Assembly: GCA_946625575.1 (NCBI GenBank)
Contig: CAMOTD010000005.1
Span: forward strand, 34,000 to 97,999
DNA from: an uncultured Clostridia bacterium
GTDB taxonomy: Bacteria; Bacillota; Clostridia; Christensenellales; CAG-138
Length of the DNA: 64,000 bases
Direction of reading: 5' to 3'
This document shows positions 33,360 through 42,722 of the stretch, in pieces (position 1 is the first letter of the stretch; every line of letters starts with the position of its first letter). The notes beneath the pieces are model-generated. The model worked only from the letters and a program-made list of their open reading frames with translations. It had not been told where the DNA came from and did not search any database. Made by a program: the position numbers and the translations under genes.

Positions 33360-34249
33360 TGAGCAGATTAAGAAGGAGTATGCTTTTCGTTCCGGGCAAT
33401 AACCCCGGAATGATCAGGGACGCGCATATCTACGGTTCCGATTCCATCATGTTCGACCTTGAGGATTCCGTCGCCATAACCGAGAAGGACGCGGCGCGTT
33501 TCCTTGTCTACAACGCTCTGACGAAGCTGCATTACGGCTCCAAGGAGCTCGTCGTCCGCATCAACGATCTGTCCTCCGGTTTGGGTGTAGCCGACCTTGA
33601 AGCGATCGTAAGGGCGCAGCCCGACGTTATAAGGCTCCCCAAGACCGACAGCGCCAAGGACGTTATCGAGTGTGAGCGCGAGATCGAAAGGATCGAGCGC
33701 GAGGCGGGCATCCCCGTCGGCAAGACCGGCATGATGGCGGCTATCGAGAGCGCGAACGGCGTTCTCAATGCAAAGGAGATCGCTTTCGCGTCCAAGCGAC
33801 TCATCGGCATCGCTCTCGGCGCGGAGGATTACGTTACCGACCTCAAGACCACCAGGAGCCCCGAGGGGATCGAGCTCATGTTCGCCCGCGGCATGATCGT
33901 CAACGCCGCTAAGGCGGCGGGCATTATGGCGCTCGACACCGTTTATTCCGACGTAAATAATGAGGAAGGCTTCATCAACGAGGCTACCATGATCAGGAAG
34001 ATGGGCTTCGACGGCAAATCCGTCATCAACCCCCGCCAGATCGCTCCTCTTCACGCGGTATTCACTCCTTCCGAGAAGGATCTCATGAAGGCGCGCGCGA
34101 TAATGGACGCGATCGCCGAGGCCAACGCAAGGGGCTCGGGCGTCGCTTCCTTAAAGGGCAAGATGATCGACAAGCCCGTCGTCGCAAGGGCGCAGTATCT
34201 GCTTGAAATGGCGGAGCGCGCCAAGACCATGACCGTTGAAGATATCTGA
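33359..34249 (+). CDS. citE: citrate lyase beta subunit (citryl-CoA lyase)
   Basis: MSRLRRSMLFVPGNNPGMI...IMFDLEDSVA...GFDGKSVINPRQI. TAATG overlap with citD. Confidence 0.9.
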   Translation: MSRLRRSMLFVPGNNPGMIRDAHIYGSDSIMFDLEDSVAITEKDAARFLVYNALTKLHYGSKELVVRINDLSSGLGVADLEAIVRAQPDVIRLPKTDSAKDVIECEREIERIEREAGIPVGKTGMMAAIESANGVLNAKEIAFASKRLIGIALGAEDYVTDLKTTRSPEGIELMFARGMIVNAAKAAGIMALDTVYSDVNNEEGFINEATMIRKMGFDGKSVINPRQIAPLHAVFTPSEKDLMKARAIMDAIAEANARGSGVASLKGKMIDKPVVARAQYLLEMAERAKTMTVEDI

Positions 34250-34259
34250 GGTGAACGAT

Positions 34260-35801
34260 ATGAGCAATTTTGATTTTGAGAAGATACCTCACATAAACGA
34301 AGTTTCCGCCTGCCACGGCTCCTATGACGAGACTAACCTCTGGGTAAAGGATCCCGTCAGCTTCGACGAGCGTCAGCAGCATTCCAAAAAGGTGCTCCCC
34401 TCTCTTGAAGAGGCGATAAGGCGCGTCGGCCTGAAGGACGGCATGACGATCTCCTTCCACCATCATTTCAGGAACGGCGACTACGTCGTCAACATGGTCA
34501 TGGACGTCATCGCAAAGATGGGCATCAAGGACCTGACCCTTGCTGCGAGCAGCCTTACCGACTGCCATTGGCCCCTTATCGAGCACATCAAGAACGGCGT
34601 TATAAAGCATATAGAAACGAGCGGTCTTCGCGGCAAGCTCGGCGACGCCGTATCTCACGGACTCATGGATTTCCCCGTTATATTCCGTTCCCACGGCGGA
34701 CGCGCCGCGGCTATCGAAACGGGCGAGCTCCATATCGACGTCGCGTTCCTCGGCGCTCCCTCCTGCGATCCCTACGGCAACGCCAACGGCTATAACAGGG
34801 ATTCCGAAGAGGGCTCCTGCTGCGGCTCGCTGGGCTATGCAAAGCTCGACGCGCTCTACGCGGATAAGTGCATCATAATCACCGACCATCTCGTTTCCTT
34901 CCCGAACACTCCCTTCGGCATTCCCGAGAGCCAGGTCGATTACGTTGTCAAGGTTGACAATATCGGCGATCCCAACGGCATCATGTCCGGCGCCACCCGC
35001 TTCACCAAGAACCCCAAGGAGCTGCTTATCGCCCAGTACGCGACCAACGCCATCGTCGCATCCGGCTATTTCAAGAACAACTTCTCCATGCAGATGGGCT
35101 CCGGCGGCGCGTCGCTCGCCGTTGCGAGGTACCTCAGGGAGAAGATGATCGAGCAGGATATCAAGTGCCGTTTCGCGCTTGGCGGCATCACCGGTCAGAT
35201 CGTGCAGATGCATGAGGAAGGTCTTGTAAAGAAGATCCTCGACGTGCAGAGCTTCGATCTCATCGCGGCGAATTCCGTTAAGAACAACCGCTTCCATCAG
35301 CAGATCGACGCTTCCTATTACGCAAGCTACGTGAACAAGGGCGCCGCCGTCAATCAGCTCGACTTCGTCATACTCTCCGCGCTTGAGGTCGATACCGACT
35401 TCAACGTTAACGTCATGACGGGTTCCGACGGCGTTATCCGCGGCGCGGTCGGCGGACATCCCGATACCGCCGCCGGCGCGAGCATGACCATCGTCGTCTG
35501 CCCGCTGCTCCGCGGACGCATCCCCACCGTCTGCTCGAAGGTCAACACCATCTGCACCCCCGGCAAGACGGTCGACGTCGTCGTCACCGATCAGGGCATG
35601 GCGGTCAATCCCGCCCGTCCCGAGCTGCGTGAAAGGTTCATCGCCGCGGGTCTCCCCGTTACCACCATCGAGAAGCTCCGCGACCGCGCCGAGCGCATCG
35701 CCGGCACGCCCGAGCCCATCAAGTACGGCGAGAAGATCGTCGGCGTGCTGATGTACAGGGATAACTCCGTTATCGACGTCATCAGGGAAGTCATAGACTG
35801 A
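34260..35801 (+). CDS. citF: citrate lyase alpha subunit (citrate CoA-transferase)
   Basis: About 513 aa. ...GMTISFHHHFRNGD...ETSGLRGKLG...QMGSGGASLA. GAGGTGA RBS before the Met at 34260. Confidence 0.9.
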   Translation: MSNFDFEKIPHINEVSACHGSYDETNLWVKDPVSFDERQQHSKKVLPSLEEAIRRVGLKDGMTISFHHHFRNGDYVVNMVMDVIAKMGIKDLTLAASSLTDCHWPLIEHIKNGVIKHIETSGLRGKLGDAVSHGLMDFPVIFRSHGGRAAAIETGELHIDVAFLGAPSCDPYGNANGYNRDSEEGSCCGSLGYAKLDALYADKCIIITDHLVSFPNTPFGIPESQVDYVVKVDNIGDPNGIMSGATRFTKNPKELLIAQYATNAIVASGYFKNNFSMQMGSGGASLAVARYLREKMIEQDIKCRFALGGITGQIVQMHEEGLVKKILDVQSFDLIAANSVKNNRFHQQIDASYYASYVNKGAAVNQLDFVILSALEVDTDFNVNVMTGSDGVIRGAVGGHPDTAAGASMTIVVCPLLRGRIPTVCSKVNTICTPGKTVDVVVTDQGMAVNPARPELRERFIAAGLPVTTIEKLRDRAERIAGTPEPIKYGEKIVGVLMYRDNSVIDVIREVID

Positions 35802-35857
35802 TAATCAGTGATCCGGAAACTCCCCCGGGGGCGCTTGCTTCCGGGGGAGGAAACGAT

Positions 35858-36232
35858 ATGATAAAGAGGGAAGACCCAAAGCTTATCAATAACGCCCGCG
35901 CATTGAGAAGGAGAATGACAAGGCAGGAACGCCGCCTCTGGTATGACTTCCTGCGCGGTCATCGGCTCCATTTTTATAAGCAGCGCGTCATAGGAAGATA
36001 CATAGCGGATTTCTACTGTGCGGCTGCAGGTCTCGTCATAGAGCTTGACGGCTCCGGACATTATAAGCCGGAAAAGAAGGAGGAGGATAAGCTTCGGGAT
36101 GAGGAAATGGAAAAGCTCGGCTTGACCGTATTAAGGATCCCCAATTGCGAAGTTGACGCCAATTTCGAGGGCGTTTGCCTTTATATCGACAGAATGGTCG
36201 GGGAACTGATCGCCGCGAAGAACAAAGAGTAA
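35858..36232 (+). CDS. DUF559 (Vsr-like) endonuclease-domain protein
   Basis: ARALRRRMTRQERRLWYDFLRGH...FYKQRVIGRYIADFYCAAAGLVIELDGSGH...D..RDEEMEKLGLTVLRI. Confidence 0.85.
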   Translation: MIKREDPKLINNARALRRRMTRQERRLWYDFLRGHRLHFYKQRVIGRYIADFYCAAAGLVIELDGSGHYKPEKKEEDKLRDEEMEKLGLTVLRIPNCEVDANFEGVCLYIDRMVGELIAAKNKE

Positions 36233-36401
36233 AAGCCGGATCGAGCGAATCGAACCCTCAAAAGCTTCGGACCCATCCGCCGCTTCGCAAAGATACGAAA
36301 CTGCGTAAGCGCCTCCTGCCTCCCATTTTAAGGGGAGGTGGCATTTCGACCGAAGGGAGAAATGACGGAGAGGTAAGAAGATAGGGAGAACGGGACAAAC
36401 G

Positions 36402-36581
36402 GATCGACCTCTCAGCCGCATACGCGGCAGCTCCCCTTACGAAGGGGAGCCAAAAAGGAAGGTGATCGCATCAGCCGCATACGCGGCAGCTCCCCTTACG
36501 AAGGGGAGCCAAAAATGAAGATGATCGCATCAGCCGCATACGCGGCAGCTCCCCTTACGAAGGGGAGCCGAAAAGGAATAG
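36402..36581 (+). repeat. three tandem 59-62 bp two-hairpin units in the citC leader
   Basis: Unit: GATCGCA-TCAG-CCGCATACGCGG-CAG-CTCCCCTtacgaAGGGGAG-CCAAAAAGGAAGGT. Unit starts at 36402, 36464 and 36523. Confidence 0.85.
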
Positions 36582-36586
36582 CGCAT

Positions 36587-37561
36587 ATGGATTTTTACCC
36601 GCAGTCGGGCGTGATCCTCACGCCGGAGAGACTTGAAAAAACCGTGGAGTTCCTGAAGAAAATGGGGCTCCGTTACGAGGGCGGCGCCGATTATACGGTG
36701 CAGCTTCTTTCGGAATACGGCGAAATAGTCGGCAACGGCTGTCTCTGCGGGAACGTACTCAAATACATCGCGATAGACGAGCGCCTTCAGGGCGAGGGCG
36801 CGGCGCTCACGCTCGTTTCCGAGCTCGTATCGGAAAGCTACCGAAGGGGCATAACGAAGCTCTTCCTGTTCACCAAGGCGTCGAACGAGATGCTTTTCAG
36901 GGGCGTCGGCTTTTACACCGTCGCCGCCACGCGGGAGGTCTGCTTTATGGAGAACACCCGAAACGGCTTCAATTCGTGGCTTAACTCGCTCGAAAAGCAT
37001 GAGGGCGTCGTCGGCGCGGCGGTGATGAACTGCAACCCCTTCACCCTGGGGCACAGGTATCTTGTGGAGGAGGCGGCAAAGCGCGTCGATCACCTCGACG
37101 TGTTCGTTGTGAGCGAGGACAGATCCCGCTTCACTTTTTCCGACAGGTTCGAGATGGTTCGCCGCGGTACGGAGGATATTGCCAACGTCACCGTGCAGCC
37201 GAGCGGCGATTACATGATCTCGCACGCCACCTTCCCGACCTATTTCATGAAGGACGACGTTGACGCAGAAAAGGTCAACGCGTCCCTGGACCTTGTTATT
37301 TTTGCCGAAAAAATAGCTCCTGCGCTCAATATCACGCGGCGTTTCGTGGGTACTGAGCCCTATTGCCCCGTTACCAACAAGTATAACGAGCTTATGAAGG
37401 AGCTTTTGCCCCAAAGGGGCATAGAGGTCGTGGAGCTCGAGAGGCTTCGCGGCATAAGCGCGAGCCGCGTCCGCGCGGCTATGGATGCGGGCGACCTCGA
37501 GACGGTCTCGGGGCTCGTCCCGGAAAGCACATTCGAAATGATCCGTGAAAGGTATATGTGA
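36587..37561 (+). CDS. citC: [citrate (pro-3S)-lyase] ligase
   Basis: Start at MDFYPQ; the longer ORF-track N-terminus runs through the repeats. NPFTLGHRYLVEEAA...VFVVSEDRSRFTF...ISASRVR. Confidence 0.85.
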   Translation: MDFYPQSGVILTPERLEKTVEFLKKMGLRYEGGADYTVQLLSEYGEIVGNGCLCGNVLKYIAIDERLQGEGAALTLVSELVSESYRRGITKLFLFTKASNEMLFRGVGFYTVAATREVCFMENTRNGFNSWLNSLEKHEGVVGAAVMNCNPFTLGHRYLVEEAAKRVDHLDVFVVSEDRSRFTFSDRFEMVRRGTEDIANVTVQPSGDYMISHATFPTYFMKDDVDAEKVNASLDLVIFAEKIAPALNITRRFVGTEPYCPVTNKYNELMKELLPQRGIEVVELERLRGISASRVRAAMDAGDLETVSGLVPESTFEMIRERYM

Positions 37562-38304
37562 TGAGAAAGCTGTTCATTGCATTGATAATAACGGGCGCCG
37601 TGCTGCTTGCTCTGGCGGCGGTGTTCGTGTTCTGGGGCTATCCCGAAAAGGTGCGCCCCTTAAAGGCGTACAACAGCGCCGCAAGGCTTTATGAGGAGGG
37701 GGATTTCGTCGCCTCCGCCCTTCAGTTCGAGGCGATGGGCGATTACAAGGACGCTCCTTCGTTTGCGAAGCGCGCGTGGATAGCCGCGGGCGACAAGGGC
37801 TTTGAAAGCGGCGATCTTGCCCAGGCAAGGACTTATTATTTGAAGGGCGGCGCGGACAGCTCCGTTTATGACAAGCTCGATTCCGCCTATTACGAGAAGG
37901 GCGTCAGGGCGTATGCCGCCGGCGAAAGGATCGAGGCGGAGAACTGCTTCTCCTGCATCTCCCGCGGATCACGCTTCCAGGATCTTCTCGATCCGGTGCG
38001 GTTAAGCTGCGCCGAAAGGTTCATGGAAGAGGGCGACCTCGACTCAGCCGAAAAGGTCATAACGCTTTGCAGCGGTTCCGCGGCGGAGGATATCGCCCGG
38101 CTGTGGATGAAGTGCGGCAGGGCGCGCATCGATTCAAACGATCTCGACGGCGCCTCGTACTGCTTCGCAAAGGCGATGGCTTTTGCCGCCGATGAAAAGG
38201 AAATGCTCAAAAGCATCAATTCCATCTGGCAGGATCTCGGAAGACGCGCCGCCGCGCGCGGCGACAGCGAGCTTGCCGAGAAGTACTATGCAAGGGTGCA
38301 TTGA
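37558..38304 (+). CDS. membrane-anchored TPR/Sel1-like repeat protein, function unknown
   Basis: N-terminal TM helix LFIALIITGAVLLALAAVFVFW, then repeated A/Y/G helical pairs. ATGA overlap with the citC stop; its own stop lies inside the annotated citXG ORF-track start. Confidence 0.6.
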   Translation: MMRKLFIALIITGAVLLALAAVFVFWGYPEKVRPLKAYNSAARLYEEGDFVASALQFEAMGDYKDAPSFAKRAWIAAGDKGFESGDLAQARTYYLKGGADSSVYDKLDSAYYEKGVRAYAAGERIEAENCFSCISRGSRFQDLLDPVRLSCAERFMEEGDLDSAEKVITLCSGSAAEDIARLWMKCGRARIDSNDLDGASYCFAKAMAFAADEKEMLKSINSIWQDLGRRAAARGDSELAEKYYARVH

Positions 38305-38327
38305 ATCACGTAAAGGACAGGACAGAA

Positions 38328-39869
38328 ATGGAAGAAATAAAATGCGATGAAAGGCTCTGCGCGGTCTGCGGTCACGCCTGCGCGCACAGTCATACGGTGC
38401 AGAAGATAGACGAAAAGCCCGTTTCCGTTGAGGAAATGGCGAAAAGGAGGGAGGAGCGCGCCTCCCGCATAAGCGAGCTCGTGAAGGAGCATTCGCTTCC
38501 CGTGATATCGTTCACGATGAATATAGCAGGGCCGATCAAGTATTCCCAGGCGGCGGAGACAGCTTTCAACGTCGGCGTCAAGGAGCTTGAGGACGGCCTT
38601 TCCCGTTTCAACGCCGTGCGCGTGCATGAGGAATACCACATCGCCCACACCGGGTGCGAGGCGATATTCGTTTATAAGGGCCTAAACGCGAGGCTCATAA
38701 AAGCCGTCGCCGTCAAAAAGGAGGAGGAGCTCGGCTTCGGCCGCCTCTTTGATATCGACGTGATCGACAAAAACGGCGTTAAGCTTGAGAGACAGAAGCC
38801 GAGGAAATGCCTTATCTGCGGTAAAAACGCTGTGGAGTGCGCGAGGAGCCGCGCCCATTCTTTGGAGGAGCTCGCCTCCGCGACGGAGAAGCTCACGCGC
38901 GATGCTATCGCATATTCCGCGTCCGTTGCGGCATTTCAGGCGCTCTGCGCCGAGGTGTCCGCCACTCCCAAGGCGGGACTCGTCGATATGAACAACAACG
39001 GCGCGAACAAGGACATGGACGTTCCGCTCTTTGAGAAAAGCGCCCGGACCCTTGCACCCTATTATTATTCGATGGCGTACACCGCCGCCGATACCTCCGA
39101 GCCCGCATCCGGACACGGCGAGGGCTGCGATAAGGACGACGGAGTGAACTGCGCCGACTGCCCCTCACATGAGAGCTGTACGCTCGACCACGGGGCGAGC
39201 CTTATGACCAAGCTCACGATCCTGGGAGTTGAGGCGGAGGCGAAAATGAAGCAGGCGACGGGCGGCGTCAACACTCACAAGGGCGCGATATTCTGCCTGG
39301 GACTCATCGCTTCGGCATACGCGAAGCTCGTCGCGGAGGGAAACGCCCACGCCGTTCCAGATATACTTGAAGAGGCGAAGCGGATGGCGCTCACCCGTCC
39401 GGATCCCGGCAGGGGCACCAACGGCGCGCTCGTCAGGGAACGCTATTCGGTCGGCGCGGAGGGCGCGCTCGGCGCCGATGCAGAGGCGCGGCTCGGCTTC
39501 CCCGCGGCGGCGAACGCGTACCGCCGCATACTCGGCTTCAAGCTGATGGGGCTCGATGAAAACGATTGCTATGCGCTTGCGCTGATAGGCGTTATGGCGG
39601 AGCTTTACGATACCAACGCCTACAAGCGCGGCGGCGCGGAAGGCGCAGAGTTCGTTCGCACCCGCGCGAAGGAGATACTCTCGCTGCCGCTCTCGAAGCG
39701 GCTTAACGAGGTCGTATCGTTCGATAAGGAGCTTATCGAAAGGAACATCAACTGCGGCGGCGCGGCTGATATGCTCGCGGCGGCGATATTCCTTGACAAG
39801 ATAGGCGTATACAACGACAGAAGGAGGACCGAGGAGGAGCTTCACGGCTCCCACACGCACGAGGAATGA
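38328..39869 (+). CDS. citXG: fused CitX (holo-ACP synthase) / CitG (triphosphoribosyl-dephospho-CoA synthase)
   Basis: N-part SFTMNIAGPIKY...GRLFDIDVID (CitX). C-part PKAGLVDMNNNGANKDM...GGVNTHKGAIFCLGLI (CitG). The start could be 38301 or 38328. Confidence 0.8.
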   Translation: MEEIKCDERLCAVCGHACAHSHTVQKIDEKPVSVEEMAKRREERASRISELVKEHSLPVISFTMNIAGPIKYSQAAETAFNVGVKELEDGLSRFNAVRVHEEYHIAHTGCEAIFVYKGLNARLIKAVAVKKEEELGFGRLFDIDVIDKNGVKLERQKPRKCLICGKNAVECARSRAHSLEELASATEKLTRDAIAYSASVAAFQALCAEVSATPKAGLVDMNNNGANKDMDVPLFEKSARTLAPYYYSMAYTAADTSEPASGHGEGCDKDDGVNCADCPSHESCTLDHGASLMTKLTILGVEAEAKMKQATGGVNTHKGAIFCLGLIASAYAKLVAEGNAHAVPDILEEAKRMALTRPDPGRGTNGALVRERYSVGAEGALGADAEARLGFPAAANAYRRILGFKLMGLDENDCYALALIGVMAELYDTNAYKRGGAEGAEFVRTRAKEILSLPLSKRLNEVVSFDKELIERNINCGGAADMLAAAIFLDKIGVYNDRRRTEEELHGSHTHEE

Positions 39870-40687
39870 CCGATCGCTCACCCAAACCCGAATATGACGA
39901 TCGCCCGATAGGCGTGTTCGATTCCGGCTTCGGCGGCGCAAGCACGCTCCGGAACCTGCTTTTGGAGCTGCCGGACGAAAGGTTCATCTATTTCGGCGAC
40001 AATCTCAACGCCCCCTACGGCGATAAATCGGAGGAGGAGATACTCCTGCTTGCCGAAAACGCGGCGGATATGCTCGTCCACAGGGGCGTAAAGGCGCTGG
40101 TGGTCGCCTGCAACACGGCGACGAGCGCGGCGATAAAGGCGCTTCGAGAAAGGCTCGACGTGCCGGTCGTATCCGTTGAACCCGCCATAAAGCCCGCCTG
40201 CGAGGCGGAGGGCGACGGCAAGGTGCTCATGCTCGCCACCGTTGCGACGACCGGGCTCGCCCGGTACCGCGCCCTTCAGGCAAGGATGCCCGATCCAGAC
40301 CGCGTGATAAACGTTGGCTGCTCCGGCATAGTCGACAGGATAGAGAAGGGCGTCGTCGGCGAAACGGATTTCGACGACATTCTATCCGAAAAGCTCGCCC
40401 CCTACGAGGGGATGAAAATAGACGGGATAGTGCTGGGCTGCACCCATTACCCGTTCATCGCGCCCGCGATAAAGCGCTACGCCGCGGCGCATTTTACCGG
40501 CGAACGCCGCCTTTACGACGGGAACGCCGGCACCGCAAGGCAGCTCAAAAGGGTGATCGATTCAAGGCGTCTTAACGCCCGCCCGGGCTGCGCGGGGGAG
40601 GACCGCGTCACTTTTTTGACGAGCGGCGATCACGAAGAATGCGAAACGATATTCAGGAGGCTCCTCGAAATACCGATCCATGATTGA
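39866..40687 (+). CDS. murI: glutamate racemase
   Basis: IGVFDSGFGGAS...YFGDNLNAPYG...VVACNTATSAAI...VLGCTHYPF. Confidence 0.9.
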   Translation: MTDRSPKPEYDDRPIGVFDSGFGGASTLRNLLLELPDERFIYFGDNLNAPYGDKSEEEILLLAENAADMLVHRGVKALVVACNTATSAAIKALRERLDVPVVSVEPAIKPACEAEGDGKVLMLATVATTGLARYRALQARMPDPDRVINVGCSGIVDRIEKGVVGETDFDDILSEKLAPYEGMKIDGIVLGCTHYPFIAPAIKRYAAAHFTGERRLYDGNAGTARQLKRVIDSRRLNARPGCAGEDRVTFLTSGDHEECETIFRRLLEIPIHD

Positions 40688-41261
40688 GAAAAGGGACGAA
40701 AAAGGCCGCACTCTCGCGGAATTCTTAAAGGAATACGATATCACGAAATACGACCGTCCCAGCGTGACGGTCGATAACGTCATATTCGCCCGGCAGGAGG
40801 GCAGGCTCGCGGTGCTGCTTATAAAGCGAGGCGGGCATCCGTTCATTTACGATTGGGCTTTCCCCGGCGGCTTCCTCGAAATGGACGAGGATCTTGCCGA
40901 GGGCGCGAAGCGCGAGCTTCTCGAGGAGACCGGCGTTACAGGCGTTGCGCCCGTACAGCTCGGCGCTTACGGACGTCCCGGAAGGGATCCGCGCGGCAGG
41001 ATAATCACCGTCGCGTTCGTTTCGGAGCTTCCCGACGGCGCAGTTCCGAAGGCGGCGGACGACGCGAAGGAGGCAGACCTCTTCTTCATCGATACAGAGC
41101 CCGGAATCATCCACCTGACCCGAAGGGGCGGGGGCGCGGCGCTGACCGTTCCGTATGAGTTTGAAAACGGCTTTGCGAAGTTCATCCCGGCGGAGGGCGT
41201 CGCGGGGGATCACAGCCAGATTCTCGCCGACGCGCTGAAAAGGATGGGGGAGATAATGTAA
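40680..41261 (+). CDS. NUDIX hydrolase
   Basis: Nudix box FPGGFLEMDEDLAEGAKRELLEETGV. Overlaps the murI stop by 8 nt. Confidence 0.85.
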   Translation: MIEKRDEKGRTLAEFLKEYDITKYDRPSVTVDNVIFARQEGRLAVLLIKRGGHPFIYDWAFPGGFLEMDEDLAEGAKRELLEETGVTGVAPVQLGAYGRPGRDPRGRIITVAFVSELPDGAVPKAADDAKEADLFFIDTEPGIIHLTRRGGGAALTVPYEFENGFAKFIPAEGVAGDHSQILADALKRMGEIM

Positions 41262-41265
41262 AACG

Positions 41266-41301
41266 AAAGGGCTTGGGGCGATACGCCTCAAAGCCCTTTT
41301 T
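41266..41301. terminator. bidirectional intrinsic terminator
   Basis: AAAGGGCTTGGGGCG-ata-CGCCTCAAAGCCCTTTTT between convergent genes. Confidence 0.7.
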
Positions 41302-41328
41302 CTGTATTCATTTTCCCGATACGCGTGC

Positions 41329-41631
41329 TTACTCCTCCGTTTTCTTCGCAAGCTCCGATATCCGCGGGAAGTTCTGTATAACGTAATCGTAGCCACCGCG
41401 CCCGTGGGTCTTGAGACAGTTTGAGCAATCCTTTATGCCGCCCTCGATATAGCGGAAATTGCCGCCGCATTTATCGCCCAGCGCGTAGAGCGGGCAGTAG
41501 CAGAACAGACAGTTGAAGAAATCCGGATCCGCGCCCTTGTGGCAGGGGAAATATTCGCAGTCCGTGTTCTGGTAGTAGCGGCAGGAGTTCTTCTCCTTCA
41601 TATCGAGCTTTTTCTTGATATCCTCGTTCAT
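41329..41631 (-). CDS. cysteine-rich small domain protein (PF04071-like)
   Basis: CEYFPCHKGADPDFFNCLFCYCPLYALGDKCGGNF. Confidence 0.75.
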   Translation of the reverse strand: MNEDIKKKLDMKEKNSCRYYQNTDCEYFPCHKGADPDFFNCLFCYCPLYALGDKCGGNFRYIEGGIKDCSNCLKTHGRGGYDYVIQNFPRISELAKKTEE

Positions 41632-41643
41632 GGTGGTCTCCTT

Positions 41644-42549
41644 TCATAATCCGTCGATGTATTTCGCTGCGGCAAGCCCTGCGGCGGCGCCGTCCGCGGC
41701 GGCGGTGGTCAGCTGACGGACCGCCTTTTGGCGGCAGTCCCCTGCGACGAAAACGCCGGGGGTGCGCGTCAGACAGCTTTCGTCCGAAGCGGCAAAGCCG
41801 TATTCGTCAATGTTGATGAGAGCGGCGAACGCGCTGTTCTGCGGGATGTGCCCGAGCGCGACGAAGACACCGTCGACGGCGAGCTTCTCATCCGCTTCGC
41901 CGACCGTGCTCGCAAGCGTGAGCGAAACGCCTCCGTCCGCCTTTTCGGCTTCGGAAACGACGCGGTTCTCGAGCCGCACGATATTCGCCTTCGAATAAAG
42001 CCTCTCCATTACCGCCTTTTCCGCGCGGTAGCCCGTGCGGCGGTGTATGAGATATACCTTCTCGCAGATATCCGCAAGATAGATCGCCTCGGAAACGGCG
42101 GTGTTGCCCCCGCCCACTACGGCAACGGTCTTTCCCTTGTAGAACATGCCGTCGCATACCGCGCAGTACGAAACGCCCTGTCCCTCGAGCTTCGTTACGG
42201 GATCGAGCTTCCTGTGCTTCAGACCGGTCGCGATGACGACCGCCTTCGCGTCGTGCGCGCCGTAATTCGATACGATGCGGAAGAAGCCCTCCGCCCGCTC
42301 GATGCTCTTCACTTCGTCGACCTCGAGCTCGGCTCCCAGAGCCATCGCCTGCTCAAACACGTTGTTGGCAAGGTCAAGCCCCGAAATATCCTTGAAGCCG
42401 GGGTAATTCTCCACCTTCGGCGAAAGCGCGATCTGCCCGCCGATGCTCTCTTTTTCAAACAGTATGACCGTTTTCCCGGCGCGCCGCGCGTATATCGCGG
42501 CGGTCATGCCGGCGATCCCCGCGCCTATAACAGCAACATCGTAGACCAT
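41644..42549 (-). CDS. trxB: thioredoxin-disulfide reductase
   Basis: YDVAVIGAGIAGMTAAIYA, redox CAVCDG, second Rossmann VAVVGGGNTAVSEA. 301 aa. Confidence 0.9.
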   Translation of the reverse strand: MVYDVAVIGAGIAGMTAAIYARRAGKTVILFEKESIGGQIALSPKVENYPGFKDISGLDLANNVFEQAMALGAELEVDEVKSIERAEGFFRIVSNYGAHDAKAVVIATGLKHRKLDPVTKLEGQGVSYCAVCDGMFYKGKTVAVVGGGNTAVSEAIYLADICEKVYLIHRRTGYRAEKAVMERLYSKANIVRLENRVVSEAEKADGGVSLTLASTVGEADEKLAVDGVFVALGHIPQNSAFAALINIDEYGFAASDESCLTRTPGVFVAGDCRQKAVRQLTTAAADGAAAGLAAAKYIDGL

Positions 42550-42663
42550 GTGTTTTCCCTTTCTTACTCGTTTGTTCTTATTATATCACAAAAACGCGGT
42601 GAATCAAGGATGGAATAATGCGGAACACGACGGCGCCGCATATTGAATAGCAATAAATTTATA

Positions 42664-42692
42664 TTGACAAACATGATAAAGCGTGCTATAAT
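42664..42692 (+). promoter_or_regulatory. consensus promoter
   Basis: TTGACA (42664-42669), 17 nt, TGc-extended TATAAT (42687-42692). Confidence 0.65.
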
Positions 42693-42722
42693 AGCGTCCA
42701 CGATACCAAGGAGTTTACCGTT

